Assembly: GCA_965231125.1 (NCBI GenBank)
Contig: OZ246414.1
Span: forward strand, 643,924 to 707,923
Length of the DNA: 64,000 nt
Reading direction: 5' to 3'
DNA from: an uncultured Gammaproteobacteria bacterium
GTDB taxonomy: Bacteria > Patescibacteriota > Microgenomatia > Woykebacterales > RBG-16-39-9b
The translations under genes and the position numbers were made by a program. Under the pieces are notes generated by a model. It ran no database searches, was not told the DNA's origin, and worked only from the letters and a program-made list of their open reading frames with translations. Of the stretch, positions 11,966-22,506 are shown one piece after another (positions within the stretch are counted from its first letter, which is position 1; each line of letters starts with the position of its first letter).

Positions 11966-14482
11966 ATGGCAAATTCTGAAGACGAATCTCCAAAAGCACC
12001 TGCCGGGGATAGCAATTTAGGCAAAATCACTCCAGTTGAAATAGTGGACGAAATGCAGCGCTCGTATTTGGATTACGCGATGAGCGTTATTGTCTCGCGC
12101 GCGTTGCCAGATGTCCGCGATGGACTCAAACCAGTCCACCGCCGTATCCTTTTCGCCATGCATGAGCTTGGATTAACACACAGCGCTAAATACCGCAAAA
12201 GTGCCACTGTTGTCGGGGAAGTTTTAGGAAAATACCACCCGCACGGAGACGCCCCAGTCTACGACGCTTTAGTGCGTCTAGCTCAAGATTTCGCCATGCG
12301 CTACCCCTTGGTAGACGGTCAGGGAAACTTTGGTTCCGTGGACGGCGATCCACCCGCCGCCATGCGTTATACCGAGGCTAGAATGGCAGAAATCGCCAAC
12401 GAGCTTTTGGACGACATTGAAAAAGATACCGTCAATTTTGCCGACAATTTTGACGCGACGAGGAAAGAACCAAACCCGCTTCCCGGAAAACTTCCAAACC
12501 TTTTGTTGAACGGCTCCGCCGGAATCGCTGTCGGTATGGCCACAAACATTCCACCGCACAACCTGCGTGAAGTTGTCGACGCCACCACCCATTTGATTGA
12601 AAACCCAGAAGCCGATGTCGAGCAATTAATGAAGTTTATTAAAGGACCAGATTTCCCGACGGGTGGGGCAATTTTTGATGCTACCGAAATCACTTCCGCC
12701 TACGCAACCGGAAAGGGGAGAGTAGTGATGCGTGCAAAAGCGGAAATTGAGGAGGATAGAGCTGGTAAGTTTAAAATAATTGTTTCCGAACTTCCTTACC
12801 AAGTTAATAAAGCGCTTCTCATTGCGAGAGTCGCCGAACTTGTAAAAGACAAAAAACTCGAAGGAATCTCGGACTTGCGCGATGAATCAGACAGGCGCGG
12901 GATGAGAATTGTTTTTGAGCTAAAACGGGAGGCCAAACCAAAAAACCTCCTCAACCAGCTTTACAAACACACTTCTATGCAACTTGCCTTCAACGTTAAC
13001 ATGGTGGCTTTGGTAAACGGTACACCGCAAACTCTCACTTTAAAAAAAGTTCTAACTGAATACATTCGCCACCGCCAAGAAGTTGTTACTCGTCGCAGTA
13101 AATTTGAACTAGAAGCTGCAAAAAGAAGAGCCCATATTTTGGAAGGGTTGAAAATCGCTCTCGATCATCTGGATGCCGTGATTAAAACCATCCGCGAATC
13201 CGCCAATGCGGATGTCGCCAGAGCCAACCTGATGAAGCGCTTTAAGCTAACGGAGGTTCAAGCAACGGCTATTCTGGACATGCAGCTTCGCCGTCTCGCC
13301 GCCCTGGAAAGAAAACAAATTGAAGATGAATACAAGGCGGTTTTAAAAACAATTGCTTATTTGGAAAGCCTTTTGGCTTCACCAAAAAAGATCTTGGCAG
13401 TCATTAGTAAGGAACTAACCGAAATAAAAGAAAAATATGGGGACGATCGCCGCACGCGAGTCTACCAACAAGGAGTAGGTGATTTTTCCGAAGAAGATCT
13501 TATCCCTTCCGAACAAGCGATTGTCACCGTAACCCGCGAAGGTTACATAAAGAGAAGCCCGGTCTCCACTTTCCGCACCCAAGCCCGCGGGGGCAGGGGA
13601 GTCTCCGGCCTAACTATGAAGGATGAAGATATTGTGGCAAATTTTTTCTCGGCTAACACCCACGACTCAATAATGTTTTTTTCCAATAAAGGTAAAGTCT
13701 ACCAACTAAAAATTTACGACCTACCAGAAGGCTCGCGAGCCTCCAAAGGACAAGCAGTGGTAAACTTGATTGAAATCGAACAAGGCGAAAAAATAACCTC
13801 CATTGTTAACATTTCCAAAAACATTAAATCGGGTTTCTTATTCATGGCCACAAAAAAGGGAATTGTGAAAAAAACGGCCCTGGCCGAATTTGCCAATATT
13901 CGCCGCAGCGGAATCATTGCCATAAACCTGCAGGGCGGGGATGAGCTTTCGTGGGTTACGTTAACCGGGGGTAGTAACAATATAATAATGGTAACCAAAA
14001 ATGGAATGTCAATTTACTTTGTGGAAAGCCAAGTGCGCAATATGGGCCGCCCAACTGCTGGTGTCGTCGGAATAAAACTTAAGAGGGAGGATGAACTGGT
14101 TTGTATGGATAAAGCCGCAAAGGAAGATATGCTTTTGGTAGTGACTGAAAAAGGTTTTGGTAAAAGAAGTAAAATAGCCGATTGGCCAACTCAAAAAAGA
14201 GCCGGCTCCGGAGTAAAGGCCGCCGAAATAACCTCTCGAAACGGAAAAATAATGGCGGCGATTGTGCTTTCAAAAGAGGATAATGATTTTGTAATTACTT
14301 CCGAAATGGGACAAGTAATTAAATCTCCAATCAAAGATGTGTCCCTCTTAACTCGTCAGACCCAAGGCGTGATTTTAATTCGCCTGGCTAATAAAGACGA
14401 CAAAGTTGCGGCCGTTACTTCTATACTTAAAGAACCAAAGTTAGGAAAGGATAAAGAAATTAAAGTTTTGGGCGAAGCCTAA
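11966..14482 (+). CDS. gyrA: DNA gyrase subunit A
   Basis: [15 protein letters not shown] (catalytic Tyr), GyrA box QARGGRG. Confidence 0.98.
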   Translation: MANSEDESPKAPAGDSNLGKITPVEIVDEMQRSYLDYAMSVIVSRALPDVRDGLKPVHRRILFAMHELGLTHSAKYRKSATVVGEVLGKYHPHGDAPVYDALVRLAQDFAMRYPLVDGQGNFGSVDGDPPAAMRYTEARMAEIANELLDDIEKDTVNFADNFDATRKEPNPLPGKLPNLLLNGSAGIAVGMATNIPPHNLREVVDATTHLIENPEADVEQLMKFIKGPDFPTGGAIFDATEITSAYATGKGRVVMRAKAEIEEDRAGKFKIIVSELPYQVNKALLIARVAELVKDKKLEGISDLRDESDRRGMRIVFELKREAKPKNLLNQLYKHTSMQLAFNVNMVALVNGTPQTLTLKKVLTEYIRHRQEVVTRRSKFELEAAKRRAHILEGLKIALDHLDAVIKTIRESANADVARANLMKRFKLTEVQATAILDMQLRRLAALERKQIEDEYKAVLKTIAYLESLLASPKKILAVISKELTEIKEKYGDDRRTRVYQQGVGDFSEEDLIPSEQAIVTVTREGYIKRSPVSTFRTQARGGRGVSGLTMKDEDIVANFFSANTHDSIMFFSNKGKVYQLKIYDLPEGSRASKGQAVVNLIEIEQGEKITSIVNISKNIKSGFLFMATKKGIVKKTALAEFANIRRSGIIAINLQGGDELSWVTLTGGSNNIIMVTKNGMSIYFVESQVRNMGRPTAGVVGIKLKREDELVCMDKAAKEDMLLVVTEKGFGKRSKIADWPTQKRAGSGVKAAEITSRNGKIMAAIVLSKEDNDFVITSEMGQVIKSPIKDVSLLTRQTQGVILIRLANKDDKVAAVTSILKEPKLGKDKEIKVLGEA

Positions 14483-14514
14483 AAAAATGTCTCCATTCTC
14501 GTGAAAACGAGAAT

Positions 14515-15750
14515 CTATGGTAGAGGGAATTTTTTGGTCAGTGTACGAGCCTCTTTAAGAGCTTTTTTATAAACTTTTTCATCTCCCAAACCCTTTACAA
14601 CTTCCAGAATAAATCTACCAATCTCCTTCATTTCCTTTTCCTTCATACCTCGGGTTGTAACCGCCGGCGTCCCCAAACGGATTCCACTAGTCACAAAAGG
14701 TTTCCGGGTCTCGCGGGGAACCGTGTTCTTGTTAACGATGATACCAGATTTTTCTAGGGCGATTTGAACATCTTTACCAGTTGGTCCGTCCGCACCAAAA
14801 TCCACAAGCATCAGGTGATTATCTGTCCCACCGCTCACCAAGCGCAGTCCACCGGCGGACAAAGTTTCGGCTAAGGCGGCCGCGTTTTTTACAATTTGGC
14901 CGGCATATTTCTTGAATGAAGAAGTTGAAGCTTCTTTCAAAGCCACGGCAATTGCCGCCGTCGTGTTGTCGTGAGGCCCTCCCTGAAAACCGGGGAAAAC
15001 AGCCTTATCAATCCTGGTTGCGATTTCCGGGTCATTTGTCATTAACATTGCCCCTCTTGGACCACGTAGAGTTTTGTGAGTCGTTGTCATAATTACGTCA
15101 GCGTAGCCGACCGGTGTCGGGTGCACACCGGCAATAATTAATCCGGAGATATGGGAAATATCGGCTAAAACTTTGGCGCCAACACTGTCCGCCACTTCTC
15201 TAAACTTTTTCCATTCGACGACCCTCGAGTAGGCGGTGAAACCACAAACGATAACTTTTGGTTTGTGCTCTTTTGCAAGTTTCAATAGATCGTCAAATTT
15301 TATTCTTTCCGTTTCCGGATCCACAATATAAGGGACTGCGTTGAATATTTTCCCTGAGAAATTAACACTTGCACCATGAGTCAGATGCCCTCCACTGGTA
15401 AGAGCAAGACCCATAATCGTGTCACCAGGATCAGCCAGGGCAAAATAGGCGGCTTGGTTTGCGGGGGATCCAGAGTAGGGCTGGACATTAGCAAAATTCA
15501 CATTGAAGACCTTTTTCGCCCGTTCAATAGCCTCTGTTTCTAGCTCATCAACCCAGTGGTTACCAGCGTAGTAGCGTTTGTACGGGTAACCCTCAGAATA
15601 CTTGTTGGTAAAGATAGATCCAGTTGCTTCCAAAACCCCCTTAGAAACATAATTTTCTGAAGGGATTAAATTTATATCCTGCTGCTGCCGTCTTTTTTCG
15701 TTCTTGATTAAATCGTAAATCTTTTTATCCTGGTTTTTTAAACTTGACAT
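14515..15750 (-). CDS. glyA: Serine hydroxymethyltransferase
   Basis: LIPSENY, NKYSEGYP, GGHLTHG, TTTHKTLRGPRG. Confidence 0.98.
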   Translation of the reverse strand: MSSLKNQDKKIYDLIKNEKRRQQQDINLIPSENYVSKGVLEATGSIFTNKYSEGYPYKRYYAGNHWVDELETEAIERAKKVFNVNFANVQPYSGSPANQAAYFALADPGDTIMGLALTSGGHLTHGASVNFSGKIFNAVPYIVDPETERIKFDDLLKLAKEHKPKVIVCGFTAYSRVVEWKKFREVADSVGAKVLADISHISGLIIAGVHPTPVGYADVIMTTTHKTLRGPRGAMLMTNDPEIATRIDKAVFPGFQGGPHDNTTAAIAVALKEASTSSFKKYAGQIVKNAAALAETLSAGGLRLVSGGTDNHLMLVDFGADGPTGKDVQIALEKSGIIVNKNTVPRETRKPFVTSGIRLGTPAVTTRGMKEKEMKEIGRFILEVVKGLGDEKVYKKALKEARTLTKKFPLP

Positions 15751-15882
15751 TTTTTCTAGGCTATCATAAGAAAATCCAAAAAGCAATTTACCGCGTAACT
15801 TTAGCGGGGTGGGATTGCTATTTCCTATCCTGTAGTGTATAATCCGGCGAACTAAAAGGAATTTTTAGTAGGAGGGATCCGA

Positions 15883-16242
15883 ATGTCGTCAATCAAGGAG
15901 GAGATCGAAGCGCACGTCCGAGAGGCAGTGGAAAAACTTTCTCTCATTGACCCTCATGTTCTAGGAATTTCGCTGCTCCAAGCAAGAGGGTTGGGCCAGA
16001 TAAACGAAATGGGAGCGGCCCTGGTTCGTCAAACCGCGGATGGGTTGAGCGATGACATCCGCACCGTCGTTGCCCACCAAAGGAAAATGGAGACAAACGG
16101 ATCTCCAATGACGGGCGCAGAGTGTCAAGAACTCCTAACAGCACCGCTAGAAGGTTTTTTGGCTGGTGTGAAAAATGTATTTGGTGAGCGCGGGGCAGTA
16201 CCAAAAACGCACACCGGCACTCTTGCAGCCAAGTCTGCGTAA
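15883..16242 (+). CDS. Hypothetical protein
   Basis: TTGCTA-17-TATAAT promoter, SD AGGAGG, intact ORF. Confidence 0.7.
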   Translation: MSSIKEEIEAHVREAVEKLSLIDPHVLGISLLQARGLGQINEMGAALVRQTADGLSDDIRTVVAHQRKMETNGSPMTGAECQELLTAPLEGFLAGVKNVFGERGAVPKTHTGTLAAKSA

Positions 16243-16258
16243 CGAGGAGGTGAGATTT

Positions 16259-16534
16259 GTGTCCTTCGAAAGAAGGAAACTATACAACAACTTGACGGCG
16301 GCGATGGAGTTGGTTGCCGAGACAGGCGAGTGGAGCGATACAACTGTCTTGGTAGGGGTCACAAACGCACTGGCGAGGAGGGAGATTTCGCTAGACCAAA
16401 AAACCGATATCCTTTCTCTCTGGGACACCCTTAAGGAAGAAGATGATGAAGGTAGAACTCTCAGAAGGTTAAGAGAGAGGTGGTACAGAGATCTCGGTAA
16501 GATCCTTGATCTTACAGGAATAGCCGCTGCCTAA
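16259..16534 (+). CDS. Hypothetical protein (GTG start)
   Basis: SD GAGGAGGT before GTG at 16259; followed by a terminator. Confidence 0.7.
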   Translation: MSFERRKLYNNLTAAMELVAETGEWSDTTVLVGVTNALARREISLDQKTDILSLWDTLKEEDDEGRTLRRLRERWYRDLGKILDLTGIAAA

Positions 16535-16538
16535 CCCA

Positions 16539-16577
16539 AGGCGCACGTAGAACTTTTTACGTGCGCTTTTCTTTTTC
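16539..16577 (+). terminator. Intrinsic terminator
   Basis: GCGCACGTA/TACGTGCGC stem followed by a T-run. Confidence 0.75.
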
Positions 16578-16660
16578 ATTTAACCTTTTAGCTAGGCAGA
16601 AGTTGCCTAGCGCAAGATGCGAGAATACCTGTGAAGCCAAGAAGCTCGAAGGCTTCGAAG

Positions 16661-17587
16661 TTATAGAGCATCCTTATTCCCGGAATGAAACGCGCGGTGG
16701 ACGTCTTTCAGTTGACGATTAGTAATATGAGTGTAAATTTGCGTTGTCGAAATATTGGCATGACCAAGCATTTCTTGGACGCTGCGAATATCCGCACCAT
16801 TAATTAAAAGGTCAGTGGCAAAAGAATGGCGGAGTGTATGAGGAGTCGCTTTAATTGGAATGTGCGCCTGTTTCACATATTTTTCCAAAATGCGTTCTAT
16901 ACTTCGCGGGGTCAATCTCATTTTCTCACCACCACGAGTGGGGTCCTCTTTCCCAGAGTAACGAATAAAAATTGGTTTGAAAACATCTTTTCTTTGAGCG
17001 AGATACTGACCAAGCCAATCCTTGGCGATGTCGGAAAGAAAAACGATTCTTTCCTTACGGCCTTTACCAATAACGCCAAATTCACCTTTATCGATATTGA
17101 CATGCTCTCGGTCAAGCCCGGCTAATTCACTAACACGCAATCCTGTTGAAAACAAAACTTCCAGAATTGCTTTGTCTCGCAAACCGTCAATCTTGGAAAT
17201 ATCCGGTGCGGAAAGTAGCCTGTCTAAATGTTCATCATCAAGCACTTTGATTGGTCGTGGCTCGGCATCACCAAGTTCTACTTTTTCCGCTGCCAAAGTC
17301 TCAATATCATGTTTAGCTAGGTAACGAAGAAAAGCTCGAAGAGCAATAACAAAATAATTTTGGGTAACTTTTTTTAAGGGTAAACCCGTCTTTTCATCGG
17401 CCCAGCGCGCGAGGAAAACCCGGTATTTCCGAACCGATTCATAGGTAATTTCGCCTGGGTCAACGTCGCCGGCAAACGCAAGAAATCGTTGTAGATAGTG
17501 GTCATAGTTACGAATAGTCAGCTGTGAAGCATTGCGTTCTACTTCCAGATATTCCAAAAAGTCGGTGATAAGTTTGGAAAGTTTCAT
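16661..17587 (-). CDS. xerD: XerC/XerD-family tyrosine recombinase
   Basis: TGLRVSEL, GKGRKER, TPHTLRHSFAT, LGHANISTTQIYTH. Confidence 0.9.
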   Translation of the reverse strand: MKLSKLITDFLEYLEVERNASQLTIRNYDHYLQRFLAFAGDVDPGEITYESVRKYRVFLARWADEKTGLPLKKVTQNYFVIALRAFLRYLAKHDIETLAAEKVELGDAEPRPIKVLDDEHLDRLLSAPDISKIDGLRDKAILEVLFSTGLRVSELAGLDREHVNIDKGEFGVIGKGRKERIVFLSDIAKDWLGQYLAQRKDVFKPIFIRYSGKEDPTRGGEKMRLTPRSIERILEKYVKQAHIPIKATPHTLRHSFATDLLINGADIRSVQEMLGHANISTTQIYTHITNRQLKDVHRAFHSGNKDAL

Positions 17588-17805
17588 TTGAGGCGGCTTT
17601 TAGTATCAAGAAAACTGCCAACGAGAAGACTAGTAGTGGACCAAGCAATTAGTCCAACAAAACTTGCAAAGTATCCCCGGACTATTGTGTAAGGACCACC
17701 AAGAAAATTACTGGCAATAGAGTAGACGAGAAAAGCGACTAGTAAACCACAGTAGACGGCAGTTGCAATAATTAAAACGAGCCGGATAGTTTTAACAGCG
17801 GACAT
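17584..17805 (-). CDS. Small two-TM membrane protein
   Basis: Two hydrophobic stretches; ATGA overlap with the xer gene. Confidence 0.7.
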   Translation of the reverse strand: MSAVKTIRLVLIIATAVYCGLLVAFLVYSIASNFLGGPYTIVRGYFASFVGLIAWSTTSLLVGSFLDTKSRLK

Positions 17806-17862
17806 TAACTTAATTAAAGCACAAAAAGAGCGAAAAGTCTACATTTTGCGACGCGGTAAGTT

Positions 17863-17902
17863 CAAAAAGAAAAGCCCGGAATTGTCGGAAACAATTCCGG
17901 GC
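17863..17902 (-). terminator. Intrinsic terminator of the upstream orphan gene
   Basis: GCCCGGAATTGT/ACAATTCCGGGC stem with an A-run on the + strand. Confidence 0.75.
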
Positions 17903-17908
17903 GAACAC

Positions 17909-18862
17909 TTAGGCTGATATTACGTATCTCACTTCCTCCTGTGTCAAAGAAGCTGTCCAACCTTTGAGATTTTCGATTGCCAGGACCAAACGGTTGATAG
18001 CGTTTTGGATGTGGTACCGACAACGTTCTTGTTGTCCTTCTCTCACCATCTCGGCTGCCCTGCGAAGATGATACTGACACCAAAAACGGTGGTGCCTCAC
18101 TTCCAAGCTGACTAAAGCACCAAGCTCCTGCACTACTTTTTCCAAGTAGTTATCAAAGCCCGGAGCAAAAGCCTGAATCAAAGGTTGATTCACAGCTTCT
18201 CGGAGACTCCTAAGGTACCGGTCCAAGGTGTTAATCTCGACTAGACCTCCAGCGTAGGCAAAAGTTTCCCGAGGAGAAAGTTGGCTACTAACAGAGTCGA
18301 TTTCTTGAAGTCTCGACTCAATCTGCCTATTCAGATCCTCAAGAGATTTTCGCTCCGTTGGGCTCAGTTTTATGGTTCCCATCGCATCCCGAGCAATGTC
18401 TCTCTCTACTGCCGCCATTAGACTACTGCGCCAGCGCTTTTCCAGCGCATAGTTGTGACGAATTTTCACCCGCTGCCGGCGAAGTTTATTCAATCCGGAA
18501 ACAACTTCGTAGATCTGCAAGTACCAGCTGTCGCCAACACGAATAATGGATCGCTCCCGCAATTTTTCGATGTCTGCAAGTGTTGTACTCGACAGGATAT
18601 CTGGCCAAACATCCCAGGTACTGTTTATCTTTATCCAACGGCTGTTGAGAAACGAGCCGGCTGAAATAGTCATCCGCCGGTTTTTCTTCGCTCGGTTCCT
18701 GGATTTTACGGGTGGGAAGGTAGCCCGAAAAGCCTGTAGAACTCGAAGCACCCGGTTAGTCCCATTAGGGACTGCTTTCAAACGTCTGTCACGGATCCAA
18801 GCGCGAACATCTTCCCCTCGTACCTGTAGGTCTTCTCTCCGCTTCATCTCCTTCTCCTTCAA
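17909..18862 (-). CDS. Arg-rich hypothetical protein
   Basis: Long ORF with its own terminator; start may be ATG at 18847 (SD GAAGGAG). Confidence 0.7.
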   Translation of the reverse strand: MKEKEMKRREDLQVRGEDVRAWIRDRRLKAVPNGTNRVLRVLQAFRATFPPVKSRNRAKKNRRMTISAGSFLNSRWIKINSTWDVWPDILSSTTLADIEKLRERSIIRVGDSWYLQIYEVVSGLNKLRRQRVKIRHNYALEKRWRSSLMAAVERDIARDAMGTIKLSPTERKSLEDLNRQIESRLQEIDSVSSQLSPRETFAYAGGLVEINTLDRYLRSLREAVNQPLIQAFAPGFDNYLEKVVQELGALVSLEVRHHRFWCQYHLRRAAEMVREGQQERCRYHIQNAINRLVLAIENLKGWTASLTQEEVRYVISA

Positions 18863-18953
18863 ATACCCACCGCAACTACTCTTAGCAGGCGTATTTTATA
18901 TCTAAAAAGCCATTTTTGCAAATAAGGTAGGTGCAATGTATACTCGTTGGGCT

Positions 18954-19526
18954 ATGGCGAAGATTTTTGAACACATTTTAAATAGAAGCTTAGCCCACGT
19001 AACCCGCTTCAACAACCGGCCGCAACATTTTCCGGAAACTGTCGCGGAGCACTCCTTTTACGTCGCTTATATTGCTCAGATTCTTTGTTGGTTACTTGAG
19101 GAGGCGAAAATAAAAGTTGATGCCGGAAAAGCCCTGCAGATGGCCTTAATCCACGACCAAGAAGAAGGTTTCAGTGGGGATATTTTAAACCCTTTTAAAC
19201 ACTTCAACCAAAAAGTTTACAATGCAATAAAAGAAGTTAATAAGGAAACAATAACGATGATGTTTGAGAGCTTGCCCGAAAAAATGGCTCGCGATTTTGT
19301 AAGTCTTTGGTATGCCGAGACGGAAAGAGATTCGATCGAATCCCAAGTGGTAAAAGTGGCGGATTATTTATCTTTGATAGCAAAGTGTTACGAAGAAATG
19401 GAGACAGGCAACAGTTACTTTACGGGTATTTATAAAAAAGAATTGAAAAATTTAAAGACTTTGGATTACTCCTGGTGGAAAAAAATCCGTGACCAAGTTC
19501 TTTCTGGAGCGGAGAAGCAAGTCTGA
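18954..19526 (+). CDS. HD-domain hydrolase (YfbR/5'-deoxynucleotidase-like)
   Basis: ETVAEHSFYVA, ALIHDQEE, GDI..PFK, VKVAD. Confidence 0.88.
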   Translation: MAKIFEHILNRSLAHVTRFNNRPQHFPETVAEHSFYVAYIAQILCWLLEEAKIKVDAGKALQMALIHDQEEGFSGDILNPFKHFNQKVYNAIKEVNKETITMMFESLPEKMARDFVSLWYAETERDSIESQVVKVADYLSLIAKCYEEMETGNSYFTGIYKKELKNLKTLDYSWWKKIRDQVLSGAEKQV

Positions 19527-19624
19527 AAATGAAACTCGTACCCTATAACGCTTAGGACTGTCCTTGGTGTTATAGGATATTTAACTTCAAATATCATTTG
19601 GTCTCTCACGTCCTCCGTACCACC

Positions 19625-20827
19625 TCATGCTGCTTTTCTTTTTCCGATTTCTAGTAGCACTGCCGGCATTACAGAATCTTTTCCAAATTTTTCCTTAAGG
19701 CGATCAACGCTTTTTTCCAAACCAAACCTTTTTTCCCGAACACTGTCAAACAAGGATTCTTGAACCCATCTGCCAGACGGTTGGCTAAACTGGGAAATCC
19801 CAATCCCGACCAGTCGCAATGGGGTTTTTCCGTCCCAAAGCTCTCTTAACAAAGTTTCACCAATCTCGTAAATTTCTTTCGTGATGTCTGTAGGGTAGGG
19901 AAGCACTCGTTGACGGGAGATGGTGCGAAAATCTCGGTAGCGAATGGCGACGTAAACGCAACGGCCCAAGTGGCCTTCGGCTCTCATCTCTTCACCAACT
20001 TTTTCTGAAAGTTTTTGCAACATCGCCAAAATAAATTGCGGGTCGTTACTATTTTTTTCAAAAGTTTCACTGCGAGAAACTGATTTCGCCGAGAGTCTCT
20101 CCTCAAACCAGACATTATCAACTCCATTGGCAGACCCCCAAATACTGACTACGTGTTTACCTAAAGGCTCAACCTTTTCAAATGGCAAGGACGCTATCTC
20201 TCCCAAAGTTCTGATACGCAGGCGGTGAAAATACTCTTCCATTTTCCGACCAATTCCAGGCAAATCTCGGACTGCTAAGGGAGCCAGAAATTCCTTTTCA
20301 GTTCCAGCCGGGACGTGCGTCAAACTATCTGGTTTTTGAAAATCTGAGGCAACTTTAGCAACTACTTTTGTGGCGGCAATGCCGATAGAGGCGACGATTC
20401 CAACTTCCGCTTTCACTTGTTCTTTAATTCTCTTGGCGACTTCTACCAAGTCTGGGTAAATCCAATCCGTCCCGGAAAAATCCAAAAAAGCTTCATCAAT
20501 CGAAACTTGCTCTACTTTTGGGGCGTATCGGGCGCAAATCGAAAAGACTTGATTAGACGCTTTTACATATTCGTCGTAGTGACCACCGACAACAATACAA
20601 CTTGGACAAAGTTTTAAAGCTTGAAAAAGGGGCATGCCGCTTTTGGCACCAAAGACTCGCGCTTCGTAAGAAGCAGTGGCAACAACACCGCGAGGAACGC
20701 TGCGCCCGTGCGGGTCCACCCGACCAACTAAAATTGGTTTTCCTTTTAAAGACGGGTTTAGCTTTTGCTCAACGCTAGCGAAAAAAGCGTCCAGATCTAG
20801 ATGCATCCAAGAAGCTCTGGCAGACAT
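19625..20827 (-). CDS. dinB: DNA polymerase IV
   Basis: HLDLDAFFASVEQ, ASYEAR, SIDEAFLD, AKVASDFQKP, LPGIG. Confidence 0.96.
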   Translation of the reverse strand: MSARASWMHLDLDAFFASVEQKLNPSLKGKPILVGRVDPHGRSVPRGVVATASYEARVFGAKSGMPLFQALKLCPSCIVVGGHYDEYVKASNQVFSICARYAPKVEQVSIDEAFLDFSGTDWIYPDLVEVAKRIKEQVKAEVGIVASIGIAATKVVAKVASDFQKPDSLTHVPAGTEKEFLAPLAVRDLPGIGRKMEEYFHRLRIRTLGEIASLPFEKVEPLGKHVVSIWGSANGVDNVWFEERLSAKSVSRSETFEKNSNDPQFILAMLQKLSEKVGEEMRAEGHLGRCVYVAIRYRDFRTISRQRVLPYPTDITKEIYEIGETLLRELWDGKTPLRLVGIGISQFSQPSGRWVQESLFDSVREKRFGLEKSVDRLKEKFGKDSVMPAVLLEIGKRKAA

Positions 20828-21120
20828 AATTTTATTCTCCGAAAAGTGCCCGAAAAAGTCAATCCGAACAAACTGTATCATTTGACGTTGATCTAATTGA
20901 AATAGATGAATTTAGTTACGAGGAATGCTTAGCACAGCGCATCATAATATAGGTGTGATATAATTCGCTCGCTGGAAGTAGGAGAGTAGTTCTGGCATCT
21001 CAACGGGTGTTGAGAAGGCAGCTTGGGTCTCTAAGCAATGCGGGTTGCCCGAACCCTAGAGTAGTTCGCACCCTGGTTGCCAACCATTTAACAACAAAAA
21101 ATACGAAAGGAGAAAGAACC

Positions 21121-22434
21121 TTGTCACAACTAGACGAGTACTTCAAGAACCACCCGTTTAGACCAGGTTACCGAGTAGCGGTTGTGGGAACGGGAGCAGT
21201 GACGCCAATTGGCAATGACGTACTCACTTTCTGGGAAGGTTTACTAACTCAGAAGTGTGGCATTCAAAAGCTCGAGTTCCTTCACCCAAGCGTCCGTTGC
21301 TTGGTAGGCGGCTTGGTAAATTTCGACGAGGAAGGGTTCCGACAAGAGGAAATGGGCCCGGACAACAAAACCCCGCAGGGGAGGGCTATCGAAAGGGCAG
21401 AAAGAGCAAGTCTGCTTGGCTTGATGGCCGTTCGCGAAGCAACCAAACAGTGCCGGCTTCCCCGGGAGCTTTATGAACACACCGGCCTTCTCATCGGCAG
21501 CAATATTGCCGCAGCGGATAAAGTTGGCCTGGCGTATGCACAGTACGACGAGAACCCAAGATCCGTTAATGCCCTGTTGGCCATGCAAGGTATGCCCAAC
21601 GCTACGACCGGAGTTGTGTCCATAGTAGATGGTTTCCAGGGCGGGGGTTTTTCGCCTGCTTCGGCTTGCGCTACTGGGTCTCACGCCATCGGCCAGGGCT
21701 TCCTTTGGGTGAATGATGGAGTAGCCCCGGTAGTAATTGCCGGCGGGTGCGAATCCAGTTTCGTTCCACCTCTGCTCGCAAGCTTTGCTAATGTGCGAGC
21801 CACAACTGCGGATTACAACGACGAGCCCCTAAAAGCGTCAAGACCGTTTGATGCAAAGCGAAGTGGGTTCGTTCCGAGTGAAGGAGCAGGGGTGTTGGTA
21901 CTTATGACCGTTGACTTGGCAAAAGACCTGGGCCTTCCTATCTTGGCGGAATTGGTAGGTTACGGTCAAAGTTTCGACGCTCAGGACATGATGAACCCGA
22001 CTGGAGAAGGGGCCGCCAAGGCTATCCAACGGGCGTTGTGTGTAGCCAACCTTGTCGCTGGAATAAACGCCGAAGACGTAGACTACGTCAACGCTCACGC
22101 AACCTCCACACCTCAAGGTGACTCGGCTGAAGACGCCGCCATCAAACTAGCGCTGGGGGAAGACAAGGCTTACCAAACTCCAGTTTCATCGATCAAAGCG
22201 CAGATCGGCCACACCATGGGCGCTGCCGGTGGGGTGGAAAGCATTGCCACCATCATGGCTTTGCGGACAGGAATTCTTCCACCAACTGGAAATCTGGAAT
22301 TTCCAGACCCAGAGTGCGACCTGGATCACGTTTCTTCCGGACCACGCGAAACCAACCCGAGGGTTGCCGTCAAGAACTCCTTCGGTTTTGGCGGTACCAA
22401 TGCGAGCTTGGTATTTAAAGGGTGGGAAGAGTAG
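21121..22434 (+). CDS. fabF: Beta-ketoacyl-ACP synthase II
   Basis: RVAVVGTGAVTPIG, ASACATG (Cys), NAHATST and GHTMGAAG (His-His), NSFGFGGTN; TTG start at 21121 after SD AAAGGAG. Confidence 0.93.
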   Translation: MSQLDEYFKNHPFRPGYRVAVVGTGAVTPIGNDVLTFWEGLLTQKCGIQKLEFLHPSVRCLVGGLVNFDEEGFRQEEMGPDNKTPQGRAIERAERASLLGLMAVREATKQCRLPRELYEHTGLLIGSNIAAADKVGLAYAQYDENPRSVNALLAMQGMPNATTGVVSIVDGFQGGGFSPASACATGSHAIGQGFLWVNDGVAPVVIAGGCESSFVPPLLASFANVRATTADYNDEPLKASRPFDAKRSGFVPSEGAGVLVLMTVDLAKDLGLPILAELVGYGQSFDAQDMMNPTGEGAAKAIQRALCVANLVAGINAEDVDYVNAHATSTPQGDSAEDAAIKLALGEDKAYQTPVSSIKAQIGHTMGAAGGVESIATIMALRTGILPPTGNLEFPDPECDLDHVSSGPRETNPRVAVKNSFGFGGTNASLVFKGWEE

Positions 22435-22451
22435 AGAAGACACACGGACCA

Positions 22452-22498
22452 AAAGCCCTGCAGCTGGTTTGCAACCGCAAACTTTGCTGCAGGGCTTT
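22452..22498. terminator. Long hairpin between convergent fabF and nuclease genes
   Basis: AAAGCCCTGCAGC/GCTGCAGGGCTTT 13-bp stem. Confidence 0.75.
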
Positions 22499-22506
22499 AA
22501 CTTTAA

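Noticed and set aside
15783-15822. ACCGCGTAACTTTAGCGGGGT as another IS605-type end
   Set aside because: Stem too imperfect and no partner end; it overlaps divergent promoters
16661-17587. Tyrosine recombinase as a prophage/ICE integrase or integron IntI
   Set aside because: Length and motifs fit a housekeeping Xer; no IntI patch, phage genes, att repeats or adjacent tRNA seen
20860-20885. CGAACAAACTGTATC as a LexA box upstream of dinB
   Set aside because: Only a half match to GAAC-N4-GTTC, and no second instance was noticed in the window
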